Assembly (NCBI GenBank): GCA_037441705.1
Contig: JBBIRR010000029.1
Span: 1-54,865, forward strand
DNA length: 54,865 nucleotides
DNA from: Ignavibacteriales bacterium
GTDB lineage: Bacteria; Bacteroidota; Ignavibacteria; UBA10030; UBA6906
Direction of reading: 5' to 3'
In this document: positions 20,101 through 29,820 of the stretch, one piece after another
How the letters are laid out: the number at the start of each line of letters is the position of its first letter
Numbering within the stretch: the first letter of the stretch is position 1
The notes under the pieces: model-generated
What the model was told of the DNA's origin: nothing
The model's database searches: none
Seen by the model: only the letters and a program-made list of their open reading frames with translations
Position numbers and translations under genes: made by a program

Positions 20101-20640
20101 ACTCAAGAACGCAGTTTTACACGAGAACGCTCGTTGCGTCTGCGGTGGCAACTTGTCACAGAGATTGCCAATCAGATAGACGTCGTGAATCGGATCGATC
20201 GTGTCAGCAGCACGGAGGCGTCGCTACGTCTGCGGGACATCGAATCGAACCTGCTCTCGCTGGACTTCTCCTATCGTCCCTATCAGAATGTTGAGGTGGG
20301 AATGAAGTTCGAGGTCGGAAAGGCGACCGACCGGCATCCCGTTCCGGAAGTGAACTCGGATTTGAATACCCAGGCACTTCGGTTTGTGTATGCGTTCGAG
20401 GGAGCCGGACAGGCACGAGCTGAGTTTGCGCGGGAGGAAATCAAACTCAGCCGCCTGATGGAGAGTTTTCCGTTCGAGTTGACCGGCGGTCGGGTCAACG
20501 GTCGAACGTTCATCTGGCGTATCGGGTTCGACTATCGCGTCACGCAGTTCATTCAGGCGAACCTCAGCTACGATGGGCGGTCGGAGGGAGGGCGCGCACC
20601 CGTTCACACCGCGCGTGCCGAAGTGCGCGCATTTTTCTGA
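17113..20640 (+). CDS. Large outer-membrane beta-barrel protein, SprA-related N-terminal region
   Basis: Signal peptide; SGSIVRG...LRLQLSGKL...LGDFNL; GTERVYVNG...DYTIDYSNGELTF; ends in VRAFF (beta-signal). Confidence 0.7.
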   Translation: MSRLFFISSITLVAAFIFLCAHRSHAQTPSDAILPAASTIITITPANKDSVFQLPHRFISAFSDSVVLDSSQTLRRGVEYVLEYTQARVVLDSVFKAELFGSGERQHTLEVFYRYFPFQFQDSYFRRKLVVLKDSVGRDTLRVAKPRSSFGLDDIFGQNLQKSGSIVRGFTFGSNRDLSLNSGLRLQLSGKLTNDIDVVAALTDENTPIQPEGTTQTLQEFDKVFVELRSTDAAATLGDFNLDFAGTEFARLNRKLQGAKATADYRFGFSHGSATASAATTRGKFNTNQFPGLEGVQGPYRLTGRNNERQIIVIAGTERVYVNGELQTRGETNDYTIDYSNGELTFTTRRLITDASRITVDFEYTDRQFSRTILAGQNASEFWDDKAKFTFSFMREADDPNAPIDVSLTDSARALLQAAGDDRAKAILSGVTQVDSNGFYILDSTTIGTTTYRFYRYAPGRDARYVVTFSSVGFGQGDYVRKSIGVFEWKGPGQGDYLPVKFLPLPQLSQIMDLAVDVHPTSTLQLSGEYAASTFDANRLSSLNDDDNAGHALRLEAAYAPREITIGGTSIGSFDVRVKERFVNRRFVPIDRTNDIEFNRKWGIESVTQADEEIQEASVRYSPIQPLTIGGGYGKITRGSDLRSVRNEATLEMKGDSLPTISYLLESVRSRETLSDNSSSWLRQKGSAQYVAGFFVPSFYYESENRKNRFLSKDSLRAGSFTFNVFAPALEIRNLWNMTLNLRLEWRTDDQYLNGSVVRESKSVTQGLGWKLTEWNALTSSLDVTFREKRFSPAFKALGNNDIQTVLVRNQTRYAPLNRGLETDLFYEVSTERASRLERVFVRVAVGSGNYKYLGDLNNNGVADENEFVPARFDGDYIATTLPSDELYPVIDLKTSARLRITPSRFLTSAGSTLIDILRAISSETYVRVEEKSSEPDLKKIYLLHFSRFQSDSTIAGSTLFTQDINVQEGRPEFSARLRYSQRKGLSRFASATSSGTQERSFTRERSLRLRWQLVTEIANQIDVVNRIDRVSSTEASLRLRDIESNLLSLDFSYRPYQNVEVGMKFEVGKATDRHPVPEVNSDLNTQALRFVYAFEGAGQARAEFAREEIKLSRLMESFPFELTGGRVNGRTFIWRIGFDYRVTQFIQANLSYDGRSEGGRAPVHTARAEVRAFF

Positions 20641-20682
20641 TTCAAAAAAATTCATCGCCGAGAAATTCTCTTGAAAATTTTC

Positions 20683-20711
20683 TTGCCTTTCATGATGTGT
20701 TTCTGTATACT
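20683..20711 (+). promoter_or_regulatory. Sigma70-type promoter of ogt
   Basis: TTGCCT-N17-TATACT. Confidence 0.5.
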
Positions 20712-20778
20712 CATTTCGCATCTACAGACTGTACGCGTCCGCAAGCACGCGCCTCAAACAACGACACTGCTGCACCCC

Positions 20779-21282
20779 ATGGTTTACTGCACGTCATTCG
20801 AATCCAAGATCGGGCTGATTTACGTCGCGTCCACCGAGAAGGGTGTGTGCAAGGTGAGTGTCCCGCGCAATGGTCGCAAGGAATTCTTCAAGTGGTTGCA
20901 TGAGAACTTCAACAACAATGATGTTGTTGATAACAAGTCGCGCAACCGGGACGTGATCGATCAATTGAATCGGTATTTCAACGGCAAGCTCGCGAAGTTC
21001 ACCATGCCGCTCGATCTGATCGGTACACCGTTTCAGATTCGTGTCTGGAAAGAGTTGACCAAAATCCCCTACGGCACAACCATCAGCTACAAGCAACTCG
21101 CGAAGCGCCTCGGCACCGGCAAAGGATTTCAGGCCATCGGTCGGGCGAACGCCGCCAATCCTCTTCCCATCATCGTTCCGTGTCATCGCGTCCTCGGTAC
21201 CGATGGGTCCCTCGTCGGGTATGCAGCGGGCGTGAAGACGAAGGAGTTTCTCCTGAAGCTCGAAGGCGCGCTGATGATTTGA
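20779..21282 (+). CDS. ogt: Methylated-DNA--protein-cysteine methyltransferase
   Basis: GTPFQIRVW...IPYGTTISY...NPLPIIVPCHRV active-site motif. Confidence 0.95.
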   Translation: MVYCTSFESKIGLIYVASTEKGVCKVSVPRNGRKEFFKWLHENFNNNDVVDNKSRNRDVIDQLNRYFNGKLAKFTMPLDLIGTPFQIRVWKELTKIPYGTTISYKQLAKRLGTGKGFQAIGRANAANPLPIIVPCHRVLGTDGSLVGYAAGVKTKEFLLKLEGALMI

Positions 21283-21307
21283 TGGTCGCATCATCGCTGT
21301 TGGCATC

Positions 21308-21337
21308 AAGGACTCGAACCGTTCGAGTCCTTTTTTT
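21308..21337 (+). terminator. Intrinsic terminator
   Basis: AAGGACTCGAA-CCG-TTCGAGTCCTT followed by a T run. Confidence 0.85.
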
Positions 21338-21441
21338 GTGCGTCGCATGCATCCTCACGCACGGACGCGTTTCTTGCATTTCGATCATCAACAGCGTATT
21401 TTGATTCAGCATGTGATGGATGAACTCCAGAGAAATACGTT

Positions 21442-21717
21442 GTGGTCGTTCGTGTTCATATTCTTGTCGAGGGAGTTGTTCAAGGGGTCGGTTTTCGGTG
21501 GTTCGTGTACCGCAAAGCGGAGGCGTTAGGCCTCACGGGATGGGTCAGAAACCTCTACAACGGCAGTGTTGAGATCGAGGCAGAAGGGGATCGCTCGCTG
21601 CTCGAAGAGTTCATCAAGGAAGTGAAAGTCGGTCCGCGGTCTGCGCATGTTACGAACCTCACGATTGAATGGAAAGACAGCAAACCTCCGCACTACCAAC
21701 GGTTTGACATTTTCTAA
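21442..21717 (+). CDS. acyP: Acylphosphatase
   Basis: VEGVVQGVGFR and GWVRNLYNGSVE motifs, 91 aa. Confidence 0.95.
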   Translation: MVVRVHILVEGVVQGVGFRWFVYRKAEALGLTGWVRNLYNGSVEIEAEGDRSLLEEFIKEVKVGPRSAHVTNLTIEWKDSKPPHYQRFDIF

Positions 21718-21729
21718 CTGACAACGCTC

Positions 21730-23484
21730 ATGCCTCGTGCTCGATCCCTCCTTGCTGTTGTTTCAATTTTGGTGACCGCAGTTCTTCCGATAGGCAGCAG
21801 CCCGGCGCATCAGAAAACGTACTGCAACCCGCTCAACATCGACTATGCCTATTGCGCCATTCCGAATTTCGTCGAACAGGGGAAACATCGCACGACCGCC
21901 GATCCGGTGATCGTTCTGTTCAAGGAGACGTATTACCTTTTTGCGACGAACCAGTACGGCTACTGGTGGAGCAAGGATCTCGCGACGTGGAATTTTGTTG
22001 CGCGACGATTTCTGAAACCTTACCACACGGTGTACGATGAGCTGTGTGCGCCGGCTGCCCTGCCGCTCGGCGATACGCTGCTGCTCATCGGTTCCACGCA
22101 CACTGCGGACTTTCCGCTCTGGATGAGTACGATGCCGACCCGCGATGATTGGACGGAAGCGGTTGATTCATTTCGCATCCCGGCATGGGACCCTGCGTTC
22201 TTTCTCGATGACGACGGTCGGCTGTACCTGTATTGGGGATCGAGCAACGTCTATCCCATCTATGGGCAGGAGATCGATCGAACAACATTTCAACCCATCG
22301 GGGAGCGGAAGGAACTGGTTCGTCTCTCCGATGACATTCATGGGTGGGAACGGTTCGGCGAGCACGCGGACAACACCTTTCTCCGTCCGTTCATTGAAGG
22401 GGCGTGGATGACGAAGCATCGTGGCAAGTACTATTTGCAATACGGCGCGCCGGGCACGGAGTTCAGCGGGTACGCCGACGGCGTGTATGTGGGTACGGGC
22501 CCGCTCGGACCGTTTACCTATCAACCTCACAATCCGTTTTCCTACAAGCCCGGCGGCTTTGCGCGCGGCGCGGGTCACGGCTCCACATTTCAAGACCTCT
22601 ACGGGAACTGGTGGCACATCGCAACAACGGCCATTTCGGTGAAGAACAACTTCGAACGACGCATAAGCATGTGGCCCGCAGGTTTCGACGCGGACGGTGT
22701 TCTCTATTGTAATACTGCATACGGAGACTATCCGCACTCGCTGCCGACAGTACAAGGCGAGACGAGCCGCTTCACCGGTTGGATGCTGTTGAATTACAGC
22801 AAACCTGTGCGCGTGTCCTCAACGCTTGGAGGATATCTCCCAAACTTCGCCGTCGATGAAGATATACGAACCTACTGGAGCGCGGCAAGCGGCCGCCGCG
22901 GAGAGTGGCTGGAATCCGACCTCGGTGCCGTGTACGCAGTGCATGCCCTTCAGGTCAATTACGCAGACCAGAACGCGGAATTGATGGGGAAACATGCCGG
23001 TCTGTTCCATCGCTACATCGTTTCTCATTCCGTTGATGGAAAAAACTGGACGACGTCGGTTGATAAGAGCAGGAACACGAGAGACGTTCCGCATGATTAC
23101 GTGGAGCTGGAACGTCCGGTGCGTGCACGCTACCTGAGAATTGAAAACCTTCATGTCCCGACAGGAACATTCGCACTGAGCGGATTCCGCGTGTTTGGGA
23201 AGGGAACCGGCAGCGTGCCGGATACCGTGCGGCACTTCGTTGTGTTGCGCGGCGAAAGCGAGCGACGCAACGCCTGGCTGAAGTGGCAGCCCGTGGATGA
23301 CGCCATCGGATACACCATCTACGTTGGCGTCGCTCCTCAGAAGTTGTACAACAGTATCACGGTGTACGGCCGGAACGAGTACTACTTCACGGCAATGGAC
23401 GCCGGTTCGGCGTACTATTTTCAGATCGAGGCGTTCAATGAAAACGGCATCGGCAAACGAACGCAGGTGGTGAGGGTGGAATGA
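21730..23484 (+). CDS. GH43 glycoside hydrolase with F5/8 type C (CBM32-like) and FN3 domains
   Basis: Signal peptide; [33 protein letters not shown] catalytic-type motifs; C-terminal discoidin and FN3 patterns. Confidence 0.88.
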   Translation: MPRARSLLAVVSILVTAVLPIGSSPAHQKTYCNPLNIDYAYCAIPNFVEQGKHRTTADPVIVLFKETYYLFATNQYGYWWSKDLATWNFVARRFLKPYHTVYDELCAPAALPLGDTLLLIGSTHTADFPLWMSTMPTRDDWTEAVDSFRIPAWDPAFFLDDDGRLYLYWGSSNVYPIYGQEIDRTTFQPIGERKELVRLSDDIHGWERFGEHADNTFLRPFIEGAWMTKHRGKYYLQYGAPGTEFSGYADGVYVGTGPLGPFTYQPHNPFSYKPGGFARGAGHGSTFQDLYGNWWHIATTAISVKNNFERRISMWPAGFDADGVLYCNTAYGDYPHSLPTVQGETSRFTGWMLLNYSKPVRVSSTLGGYLPNFAVDEDIRTYWSAASGRRGEWLESDLGAVYAVHALQVNYADQNAELMGKHAGLFHRYIVSHSVDGKNWTTSVDKSRNTRDVPHDYVELERPVRARYLRIENLHVPTGTFALSGFRVFGKGTGSVPDTVRHFVVLRGESERRNAWLKWQPVDDAIGYTIYVGVAPQKLYNSITVYGRNEYYFTAMDAGSAYYFQIEAFNENGIGKRTQVVRVE

Positions 23485-23972
23485 CGGCACACACGCGTAT
23501 CGGGTTCGGGTTCGATGTGCATCGCTTTGCCGAGGGTCGGAAACTTGTCCTTGGCGGCGTTGTGATTCCGTATCCGCGCGGGCTTGAGGGTCATTCCGAT
23601 GCCGATGTTCTTCTGCACGCGATAATGGACGCGCTGCTCGGTGCGGCGGCGCTCGGCGACATTGGTGGCCACTTTCCGCCAACCGACCCGCAGTACAAGG
23701 ATGCCTCAAGTCTCGAACTGTTGAAGCGCGTCGGCGCGTTGCTTCGCGACCATCACTTCGAAATCGCTAACATTGATAGCACCCTCGTGCTCGAACAACC
23801 GAAACTCCTTCCTTACGTCGACAGGATGCGCGCGAACATTGCCGCCGCTCTCTCGCTTACGGTGAACCAGATCTCCATCAAGGCAACGACGAACGAACGG
23901 CTGGGGTTCATCGGAAAAGAGGAAGGCGCTGCTGCCCATGCCGTCGCGGCCATCATCTCGCGTGAGATGTGA
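23481..23972 (+). CDS. ispF: 2-C-methyl-D-erythritol 2,4-cyclodiphosphate synthase
   Basis: [32 protein letters not shown]. Confidence 0.97.
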   Translation: MTAHTRIGFGFDVHRFAEGRKLVLGGVVIPYPRGLEGHSDADVLLHAIMDALLGAAALGDIGGHFPPTDPQYKDASSLELLKRVGALLRDHHFEIANIDSTLVLEQPKLLPYVDRMRANIAAALSLTVNQISIKATTNERLGFIGKEEGAAAHAVAAIISREM

Positions 23973-23974
23973 CC

Positions 23975-24592
23975 ATGGCCGAGGATATTATTCTCTTTCT
24001 TCAGTCACTCAGTCCTTTGCTGATCTACTCGGTCGTCTTTGCCATTGCCTATATCGAAAACATCTTTCCTCCATCGCCCAGCGACACGATTATCGTCTTC
24101 GGTGGTTCGCTTGCGGGTCTCGGCCATGTCGGCTTCGCTCCGACCCTTGCCGCCGCAACGCTCGGCAGCACACTCGGCTTTCTGACGATGTATAAGATCG
24201 GCGATTGGTTCGGGGAGAGAATTCTGGAAGAGGGCAAAATCAAATTCATTCCCATCAGCGCCGTCCGAACCGTGGAAGAGTGGTTTCGCAAGTACGGCTA
24301 CTGGATCATCGTTGCAAACAGATTCCTTTCGGGAACGCGTGCGGTGGTGTCATTCTTTGCCGGCATATCGGAATTGAGTTTGTTGCGAACGACGCTTCTC
24401 TGCTTCCTCAGCGCCCTTGCGTGGAATGCCATTTTGGTGACGGCAGGTTTTTATCTCGGCAAAAACTGGCAGGCGATCGGCTTTTATCTTAGCGCGTACA
24501 GTCAGATCGTCACCGGCATCATCGTTGTCGTCGTCATCATCCTGGTTGCGCGGTTCCTCCATCAACGAAAAACCAACGGAGACAAACCGTGA
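23975..24592 (+). CDS. DedA family membrane protein
   Basis: ENIFPPSPSD and NRFLSGTR motifs; multiple TM segments. Confidence 0.92.
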   Translation: MAEDIILFLQSLSPLLIYSVVFAIAYIENIFPPSPSDTIIVFGGSLAGLGHVGFAPTLAAATLGSTLGFLTMYKIGDWFGERILEEGKIKFIPISAVRTVEEWFRKYGYWIIVANRFLSGTRAVVSFFAGISELSLLRTTLLCFLSALAWNAILVTAGFYLGKNWQAIGFYLSAYSQIVTGIIVVVVIILVARFLHQRKTNGDKP

Positions 24593-25179
24593 TCGAGTGG
24601 TTGTATTCAGCGGATGTAGCGGTCTATCTGTTCCTCAACCGAACGCTGGCCACGTCGGTGGGCGACATGCTGTGGCCGCTGATCACCGACTACGACAAGC
24701 AGTGGCCTATGCGGTTTGTGCTGATCGGCATCTGGTTGTGGTTGATGATCAAGGGCGGCAAGCGAGGACGAACCGCGGCATTGCTGCTCATTCCGCTCAT
24801 CGTCATCAGCGACCAGGTGAGCAGTAGCCTAATCAAGTCGCTCGTGGGGCGTGTCCGGCCCTGTCATGTTCTGCCGCTCGATCAGATTCATCTCTTGGTG
24901 GGATGCGGCAGCGGACTGTCGTTTCCGTCGTCGCACGCCGTCAACAACTTCGGCGTGGCGACAATGTTTTCTCTCTACTATCCGCGTGCGCGCGCGTGGC
25001 TGTTCGCAGCCGCATCACTCGTAGCCATCTCACGAGTGTTCGTCGGCGTTCATTATCCATCCGATGTCCTCGGCGGCGCGGTGATCGGCACGTGTGTCGC
25101 CAGGTGTGTGGTGACCGGATGGCAGGCTGTTGCCCGCAGATACCTTCCCGTTCTTTACGTGCAAAGGAGCGGAACGTGA
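24589..25179 (+). CDS. PAP2-family phosphatase (possible undecaprenyl-PP or lipid phosphatase)
   Basis: KSLVGRVRP, SFPSSHA, SRVFVGVHYPSD. Confidence 0.92.
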   Translation: MIEWLYSADVAVYLFLNRTLATSVGDMLWPLITDYDKQWPMRFVLIGIWLWLMIKGGKRGRTAALLLIPLIVISDQVSSSLIKSLVGRVRPCHVLPLDQIHLLVGCGSGLSFPSSHAVNNFGVATMFSLYYPRARAWLFAAASLVAISRVFVGVHYPSDVLGGAVIGTCVARCVVTGWQAVARRYLPVLYVQRSGT

Positions 25180-26873
25180 AACGCCTCTTTGCCCACCGAC
25201 AGCAGCACAACGCCGTGTTCCACAAAGTCTTTCTTTCGATTACATCTGGAGTCATGCTGGGATTTGCATTCCCTCCCAGTCCATACGGCATTCTCGCGTG
25301 CTTCGGCCTTGTACCGCTCCTCGTTGTGCTTGATGAGACGGCGCGAACAAAATCAGCCCTTGGCTACGTGTATGCCGGCATGCTCGTCTTTCACATGATC
25401 ACGCTGAACTGGACGGGCGGCTATGCCCATCTGAACGATCCGTACATGGCGATTGCCGGCGCGGTGACGATGACGGTTCACCCTCTTTTCTATTTTATCC
25501 CGTTCGGATTGTTCTTGTTCGTGCGACGCCGAGCGGGAAAGCTCGCCGCGCTTGTCGGGCTGCCGTTCTTCTGGGTGGGCTACGAGTATTCCCACACGCT
25601 CACCGAGTGGTCATTTCCGTGGCTCACCCTCGGCAACACGCAATCATACGATCTCGCGCGTATTCAGATTGTTTCCTCAACGGGCGTCATTGGACTTTCG
25701 TTTTGGATTCTCGTGCTCAATGTTCTCGCATACATTTTTCTGCAATCCCTTCGAGAGGAAGGAAGCCGCGTGCTACGCGCGAAGAACGTCGGTCTCCTCC
25801 TTGCACTTATTGGACTGTATTTCCTTCCTGCATTGTATGGCATCAAGGTCTTGCGTGCGGCGCCATCCATGGATCATGTGGTACCGACAAGCGAGATAGG
25901 AAAACAAAAACTTGTAACGGTCGGGATGATACAATCGAACGTCGATCCATGGGAGAAGTGGAAGCAGACAGGAATGGAGATCATCGAGCTTTACATGCAG
26001 ATGACGGACTCGTTGGTGAAGCATGCGTCGCCGAAGCCCGACCTTGTCCTGTGGCCCGAAACGGCGATGCCGTACTACATCCTCGTGCCGAAGAATCGTA
26101 CGCTGCTGGAGTTTGTGCGGAGCAGAATTGAAGAATTGGGCGCACCGGTGCTGTTCGGTCTCCCCCATGCGGTGTACTATGACGACACGACAAAAGCGCC
26201 GCCCAGCGCAAAGCGCATCGAAGCAACGGGCGAGCGGTACGATGCGTTCAACTCCACCGCCTTCATTCAACCGGGCGTGGAGGAAGTCCCCTGGTACGGC
26301 AAAATGAAAATGGTGCCGATTGCCGAGCGCGTGCCGTACGCCGATGCATTCTACTTTCTGGATTTTCTTCGCTGGGGTGTGGGCATCGGCGGGTGGCAAA
26401 TCGGGCGGGACACTGTTATCTTTCAGGAAAAGAAAACGGGCACAAAGTTTTGCTCGCTCATCTGCTACGAGTCGGTGTACCCGGAGTTCGTGGCAGAGTT
26501 CGTCAGGCGGGGCGCGGAATTCATCGCCATCGTGACAATCGACAGTTGGTGGGATCGCATGTCGGGCGCGTACCAGCATCATCAGTATGCCATCTTTCGC
26601 GCTATAGAGAACCGACGCTGGATTGCGCGATGTGCCGTCGGGGGCTTCTCGTCCTACATTGATCCGTACGGAAGAGTGTACGACAAGACGGAGTTGTTCA
26701 CGCAGGCGACTCTCAACCGAACGATCCTTCGCATCGACAAGAGGATGGCGAACACGTTTTACACGCGCCACGGAGATTGGGTGGGGAGATGGTCGGCGTT
26801 CGTTGCGGTGGGGTGGGTAATCGTTGCGCTTGTATTGTCACTGAAACGGAAACCGGGCTCGCCCCGTCGCTGA
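25176..26873 (+). CDS. lnt: Apolipoprotein N-acyltransferase
   Basis: FPWLTLG, QSNVD, WPETA, K...VPIAE, LICYE catalytic E-K-C triad; GTGA overlap with the PAP2 stop. Confidence 0.95.
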   Translation: MKRLFAHRQQHNAVFHKVFLSITSGVMLGFAFPPSPYGILACFGLVPLLVVLDETARTKSALGYVYAGMLVFHMITLNWTGGYAHLNDPYMAIAGAVTMTVHPLFYFIPFGLFLFVRRRAGKLAALVGLPFFWVGYEYSHTLTEWSFPWLTLGNTQSYDLARIQIVSSTGVIGLSFWILVLNVLAYIFLQSLREEGSRVLRAKNVGLLLALIGLYFLPALYGIKVLRAAPSMDHVVPTSEIGKQKLVTVGMIQSNVDPWEKWKQTGMEIIELYMQMTDSLVKHASPKPDLVLWPETAMPYYILVPKNRTLLEFVRSRIEELGAPVLFGLPHAVYYDDTTKAPPSAKRIEATGERYDAFNSTAFIQPGVEEVPWYGKMKMVPIAERVPYADAFYFLDFLRWGVGIGGWQIGRDTVIFQEKKTGTKFCSLICYESVYPEFVAEFVRRGAEFIAIVTIDSWWDRMSGAYQHHQYAIFRAIENRRWIARCAVGGFSSYIDPYGRVYDKTELFTQATLNRTILRIDKRMANTFYTRHGDWVGRWSAFVAVGWVIVALVLSLKRKPGSPRR

Positions 26874-27109
26874 CGCGACGGAAATCGTGATGTGCTGGTT
26901 TAGTGCAGGCCATAAATGGCCTGCCTAATGTCAGGTCGTCCCTACAGGACGAGCCGTGCGTGGATTGGTTCGGGGATCGCCCAGATGCGAATGCTTCTAT
27001 GCGGGTTCGGAGAACCGTCACGTAGTGACGCAAGCGAAATTAGCCCGACCTTTCAAGGTCGGGATTCAGAGTCAACCAACAGTCGTCCGTCGCAGAGCGA
27101 CGGATTGAA
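26864..27109. repeat. Inverted pair of three-hairpin REP-like elements
   Basis: 26864-26952: CCGTCGC-TGAC-GCGACGG / GCAGGCCAT-AA-ATGGCCTGC / TCGTCC-CTACA-GGACGA; 27016-27109: CGTCAC-GTA-GTGACG / CCCGACCTT-TC-AAGGTCGGG / TCCGTCGC-AGA-GCGACGGA-TTGAA. Confidence 0.7.
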
Positions 27110-27139
27110 CAAGGACAAAGAAAAATCATTTCTAGACCT

Positions 27140-28165
27140 ATGATTGATCTTCGTAGTGATACCGTAACAAGACCCTCGCGCCCAATGTTGGAGGCAATGC
27201 TGCAAGCAGACGTAGGCGATGATGTGTTCGGCGAAGACCCGACCGTGAATCTGTTGCAGGAAAAAGTCGCGGCCCTCCTGGGAAAGGAAGCGGCGCTTTT
27301 CGTTCCCAGCGGCACGATGGCCAATCAGATTTGCGTCAAGGTACACACGCAGCCCGGCGACGAGGTGATCATGGAGAAAGGCTGCCATCTCTTCAACTAC
27401 GAGACCGGAGCTTTGGCATTCCTCTCCAACATCCAGCCGCATTTGATCGAAGGCGTTCGAGGCGTGATGCATGTAGAGGAAATCAAGAAAGCCATCCGCC
27501 CGCGTGTCTATTATATGCCGCGCACGGCGCTCATTGCCGTCGAAAACACACACAACAGAGCCGGCGGCACCATCTATCCGATCGAGGTGATTCGGGAAAT
27601 TCATGACCTTGCACGGCAGGAGAACATCGGACTTCATCTGGACGGCGCCCGTCTGTGGAATGCCTGCGTCGAGACGGGTATTCCCCCGGCAGAATACGCT
27701 CGCTACTTCGATTCGGTTTCCGTGTGCCTCTCGAAAGGACTTGGCGCGCCGGTCGGCTCTGTGATTGCAGGAACGGCGGAATTCATTGAGCGGGCGCGGA
27801 AGTACAGAAAAATCTTCGGCGGCGGAATGCGGCAGGCCGGCGTGCTTGCGGCTGCGGGCATCTACGCGCTGGAACATAATCGCGAGCGCCTGAAGGAAGA
27901 TCACGCAAAGCTCCGCTTCCTTGCCAACGAGCTTGCCTCCATTCCGAAACTCACCATTGATCGCGAAGCCGTACAGACAAACATCGTCATCATCGGTGTG
28001 GAGAAGACCGGCAAGCAGCCTGCCGAAGTTCTCGCTTTGCTGAAATCGAAAGGCGTGCTGCTGACGATGGGAAACTGGATGAGTGTGCGAGCGGTGACGC
28101 ATCTGGATGTTTCCATGGAGGAGGTCCGGCAGGCGGCAACCGTATTTCATGAACTCTTCGACTGA
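27140..28165 (+). CDS. ltaE: Low-specificity L-threonine aldolase
   Basis: [52 protein letters not shown] (PLP lysine). Confidence 0.96.
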   Translation: MIDLRSDTVTRPSRPMLEAMLQADVGDDVFGEDPTVNLLQEKVAALLGKEAALFVPSGTMANQICVKVHTQPGDEVIMEKGCHLFNYETGALAFLSNIQPHLIEGVRGVMHVEEIKKAIRPRVYYMPRTALIAVENTHNRAGGTIYPIEVIREIHDLARQENIGLHLDGARLWNACVETGIPPAEYARYFDSVSVCLSKGLGAPVGSVIAGTAEFIERARKYRKIFGGGMRQAGVLAAAGIYALEHNRERLKEDHAKLRFLANELASIPKLTIDREAVQTNIVIIGVEKTGKQPAEVLALLKSKGVLLTMGNWMSVRAVTHLDVSMEEVRQAATVFHELFD

Positions 28166-28168
28166 TGC

Positions 28169-28645
28169 ATGTTTGAGCGAACAAAATTCAAGCATAAAGC
28201 CCAGGTAACGGTTCGCAACAACGAGATTGACTGGCAAGGCGTTGTGCACAATGCCGTCTACCTTCATTATTTCGAGGTCGGGCGGATGGGATACTTTGAC
28301 ACGATCGGCTTCCCTATTGTGATCACGCCCGGAGCGATGGATTGGCGGGTCGTCATCGCGCGCAATGAAATTGACTATCGCTCGTCGGCGCGCTTCAACG
28401 AAACGCTCGATGTCTATACACGCATCGCGTGGATTCGCAACACGAGTTTCGCCCTGCAAGGCTTCATCGAAGAAACCAATACGAAGCGGCTGATCGCCGA
28501 GAATGTTTCTCTCCACGTCTGGCTGGATAAGGAGACGGGCGAGCCGATTCCCGTTCCTAACTTCTTTCGTGAGAAAGTGCAGCAGTTCGAAGGAGATGAT
28601 GTGCTGATTGTGCCCGTGACGACTCCTGTTCGGCAACGCTCGTAG
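28169..28645 (+). CDS. Acyl-CoA thioesterase (YbgC/FadM hot-dog family)
   Basis: VRNNEIDWQGVVHNAVYLHYFEVGR. Confidence 0.9.
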   Translation: MFERTKFKHKAQVTVRNNEIDWQGVVHNAVYLHYFEVGRMGYFDTIGFPIVITPGAMDWRVVIARNEIDYRSSARFNETLDVYTRIAWIRNTSFALQGFIEETNTKRLIAENVSLHVWLDKETGEPIPVPNFFREKVQQFEGDDVLIVPVTTPVRQRS

Positions 28646-28753
28646 ACTTGATGTCACTCGATGTTCTTGCTTTTTCTGAATGTCGTATCTATCTTCCGGT
28701 AGCCTTTCCTGCTGACAGGCCGTCGCCAGCCGAGCACAAGATTGGAGGTGGGT

Positions 28754-29596
28754 ATGAAGATAATGCCGCGTTTGTTCTGCTTCCTCATCATGCTCAGTTT
28801 CGCTGCTTGCAAAGATGAGGGAAGAGTTGATCACGCGTATGATGTTGACCCGCGCCTTGTTGGGGACTGGTACGACCTGGACACGCTCGCCCTTGCCCAG
28901 CCCTCACCGAGATTCGTTCTTCGCGGCATGCGCATCTCCGCAGAAAGGACGATACAACCTCTCGGCATTGAGTTTTCAACAGGGCGACTTGCCCTGATGG
29001 AGACCGATCAACCAAAACACATGCTGCACGCAAATGGCGGCCTCCTTGTAGTTCAGTACGTTGCTTTCCCGGATATCGGAATCGACACTCTACACTATGC
29101 CGCTCAACACAACACGCTCGTACTTACTGACAGGTATTCAACCCAAATCTATCGGCGGATAAGCGTCGGCTCACAAATCACAGAACCGCTGCAAGCGATC
29201 ATGGATGTCACCATTGACAGCGTTCGTGTACGAACTCCACGTGTTGCTGCGGTCGTTCCTGTTTACGTCAGCAGATTGCAGCCATCGCATCTTCAATTTC
29301 AGGCCGCCATTCCCAATGGCTTCCTGCGGATTGACATACGCGGGTTTTCTGGTGTCGGCAGTTACGCCATCGGTCCGGGCGATGGAGTTCTGATGCTTTT
29401 CAGCGGTGACGTTGCTTTCATGTATGCAACAGATTCGTCGTCGCCGGGTACGGTGAGCATTGATGAATACGACGAAGCGACGAACCATTGTGCTGGCCGA
29501 TTCGCGTTCTCGGCTCGGCTGCCCGTTCCTCCACACGATCCTCCCATCATACGGCGGTTGACGGATGGATCGTTTTCGGCTCCGGTGTATCGGTAG
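28754..29596 (+). CDS. Hypothetical lipoprotein
   Basis: GGAGG RBS; lipobox FAAC; lipocalin-like LVGDW N-domain and beta-rich C-domain ending LTDGSFSAP. Confidence 0.65.
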   Translation: MKIMPRLFCFLIMLSFAACKDEGRVDHAYDVDPRLVGDWYDLDTLALAQPSPRFVLRGMRISAERTIQPLGIEFSTGRLALMETDQPKHMLHANGGLLVVQYVAFPDIGIDTLHYAAQHNTLVLTDRYSTQIYRRISVGSQITEPLQAIMDVTIDSVRVRTPRVAAVVPVYVSRLQPSHLQFQAAIPNGFLRIDIRGFSGVGSYAIGPGDGVLMLFSGDVAFMYATDSSSPGTVSIDEYDEATNHCAGRFAFSARLPVPPHDPPIIRRLTDGSFSAPVYR

Positions 29597-29820
29597 ATTT
29601 CCGATTCATCCTGAAGCGCCGTAACCTCCGCCAGAACGAAACAGTCAGTTATGTTTCGGCAGACACCTGCTTGTGTCGTGCCGAATAGTGAGAGACTTGA
29701 TCTTTGAAATAGCGATGCTTGTGCAGCCCCTATCTCGGCGAACATGAGTCGCATGTCGGCGAGTCGGAGGTGCGTCGAAGCTTTTCGCCCGTCACTATAA
29801 CAAAGAAAGGAGTTGATCGT

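Noticed and set aside
16915-21337. Integrated element at tRNA-Leu
   Set aside because: No integrase and no duplicated tRNA 3' end seen; the GTTCGAGTCC at ~21321 is part of the ogt terminator stem
24903-25175. Extended N-termini from the ORF track (lnt; also ogt, truB, OmpA, cupredoxin)
   Set aside because: Extensions overlap upstream genes or promoters; downstream starts fit RBS, overlap pattern and family length better
27053-28834. 593-aa antisense ORF
   Set aside because: Antisense to ltaE and the thioesterase, which share a frame; no recognisable domain
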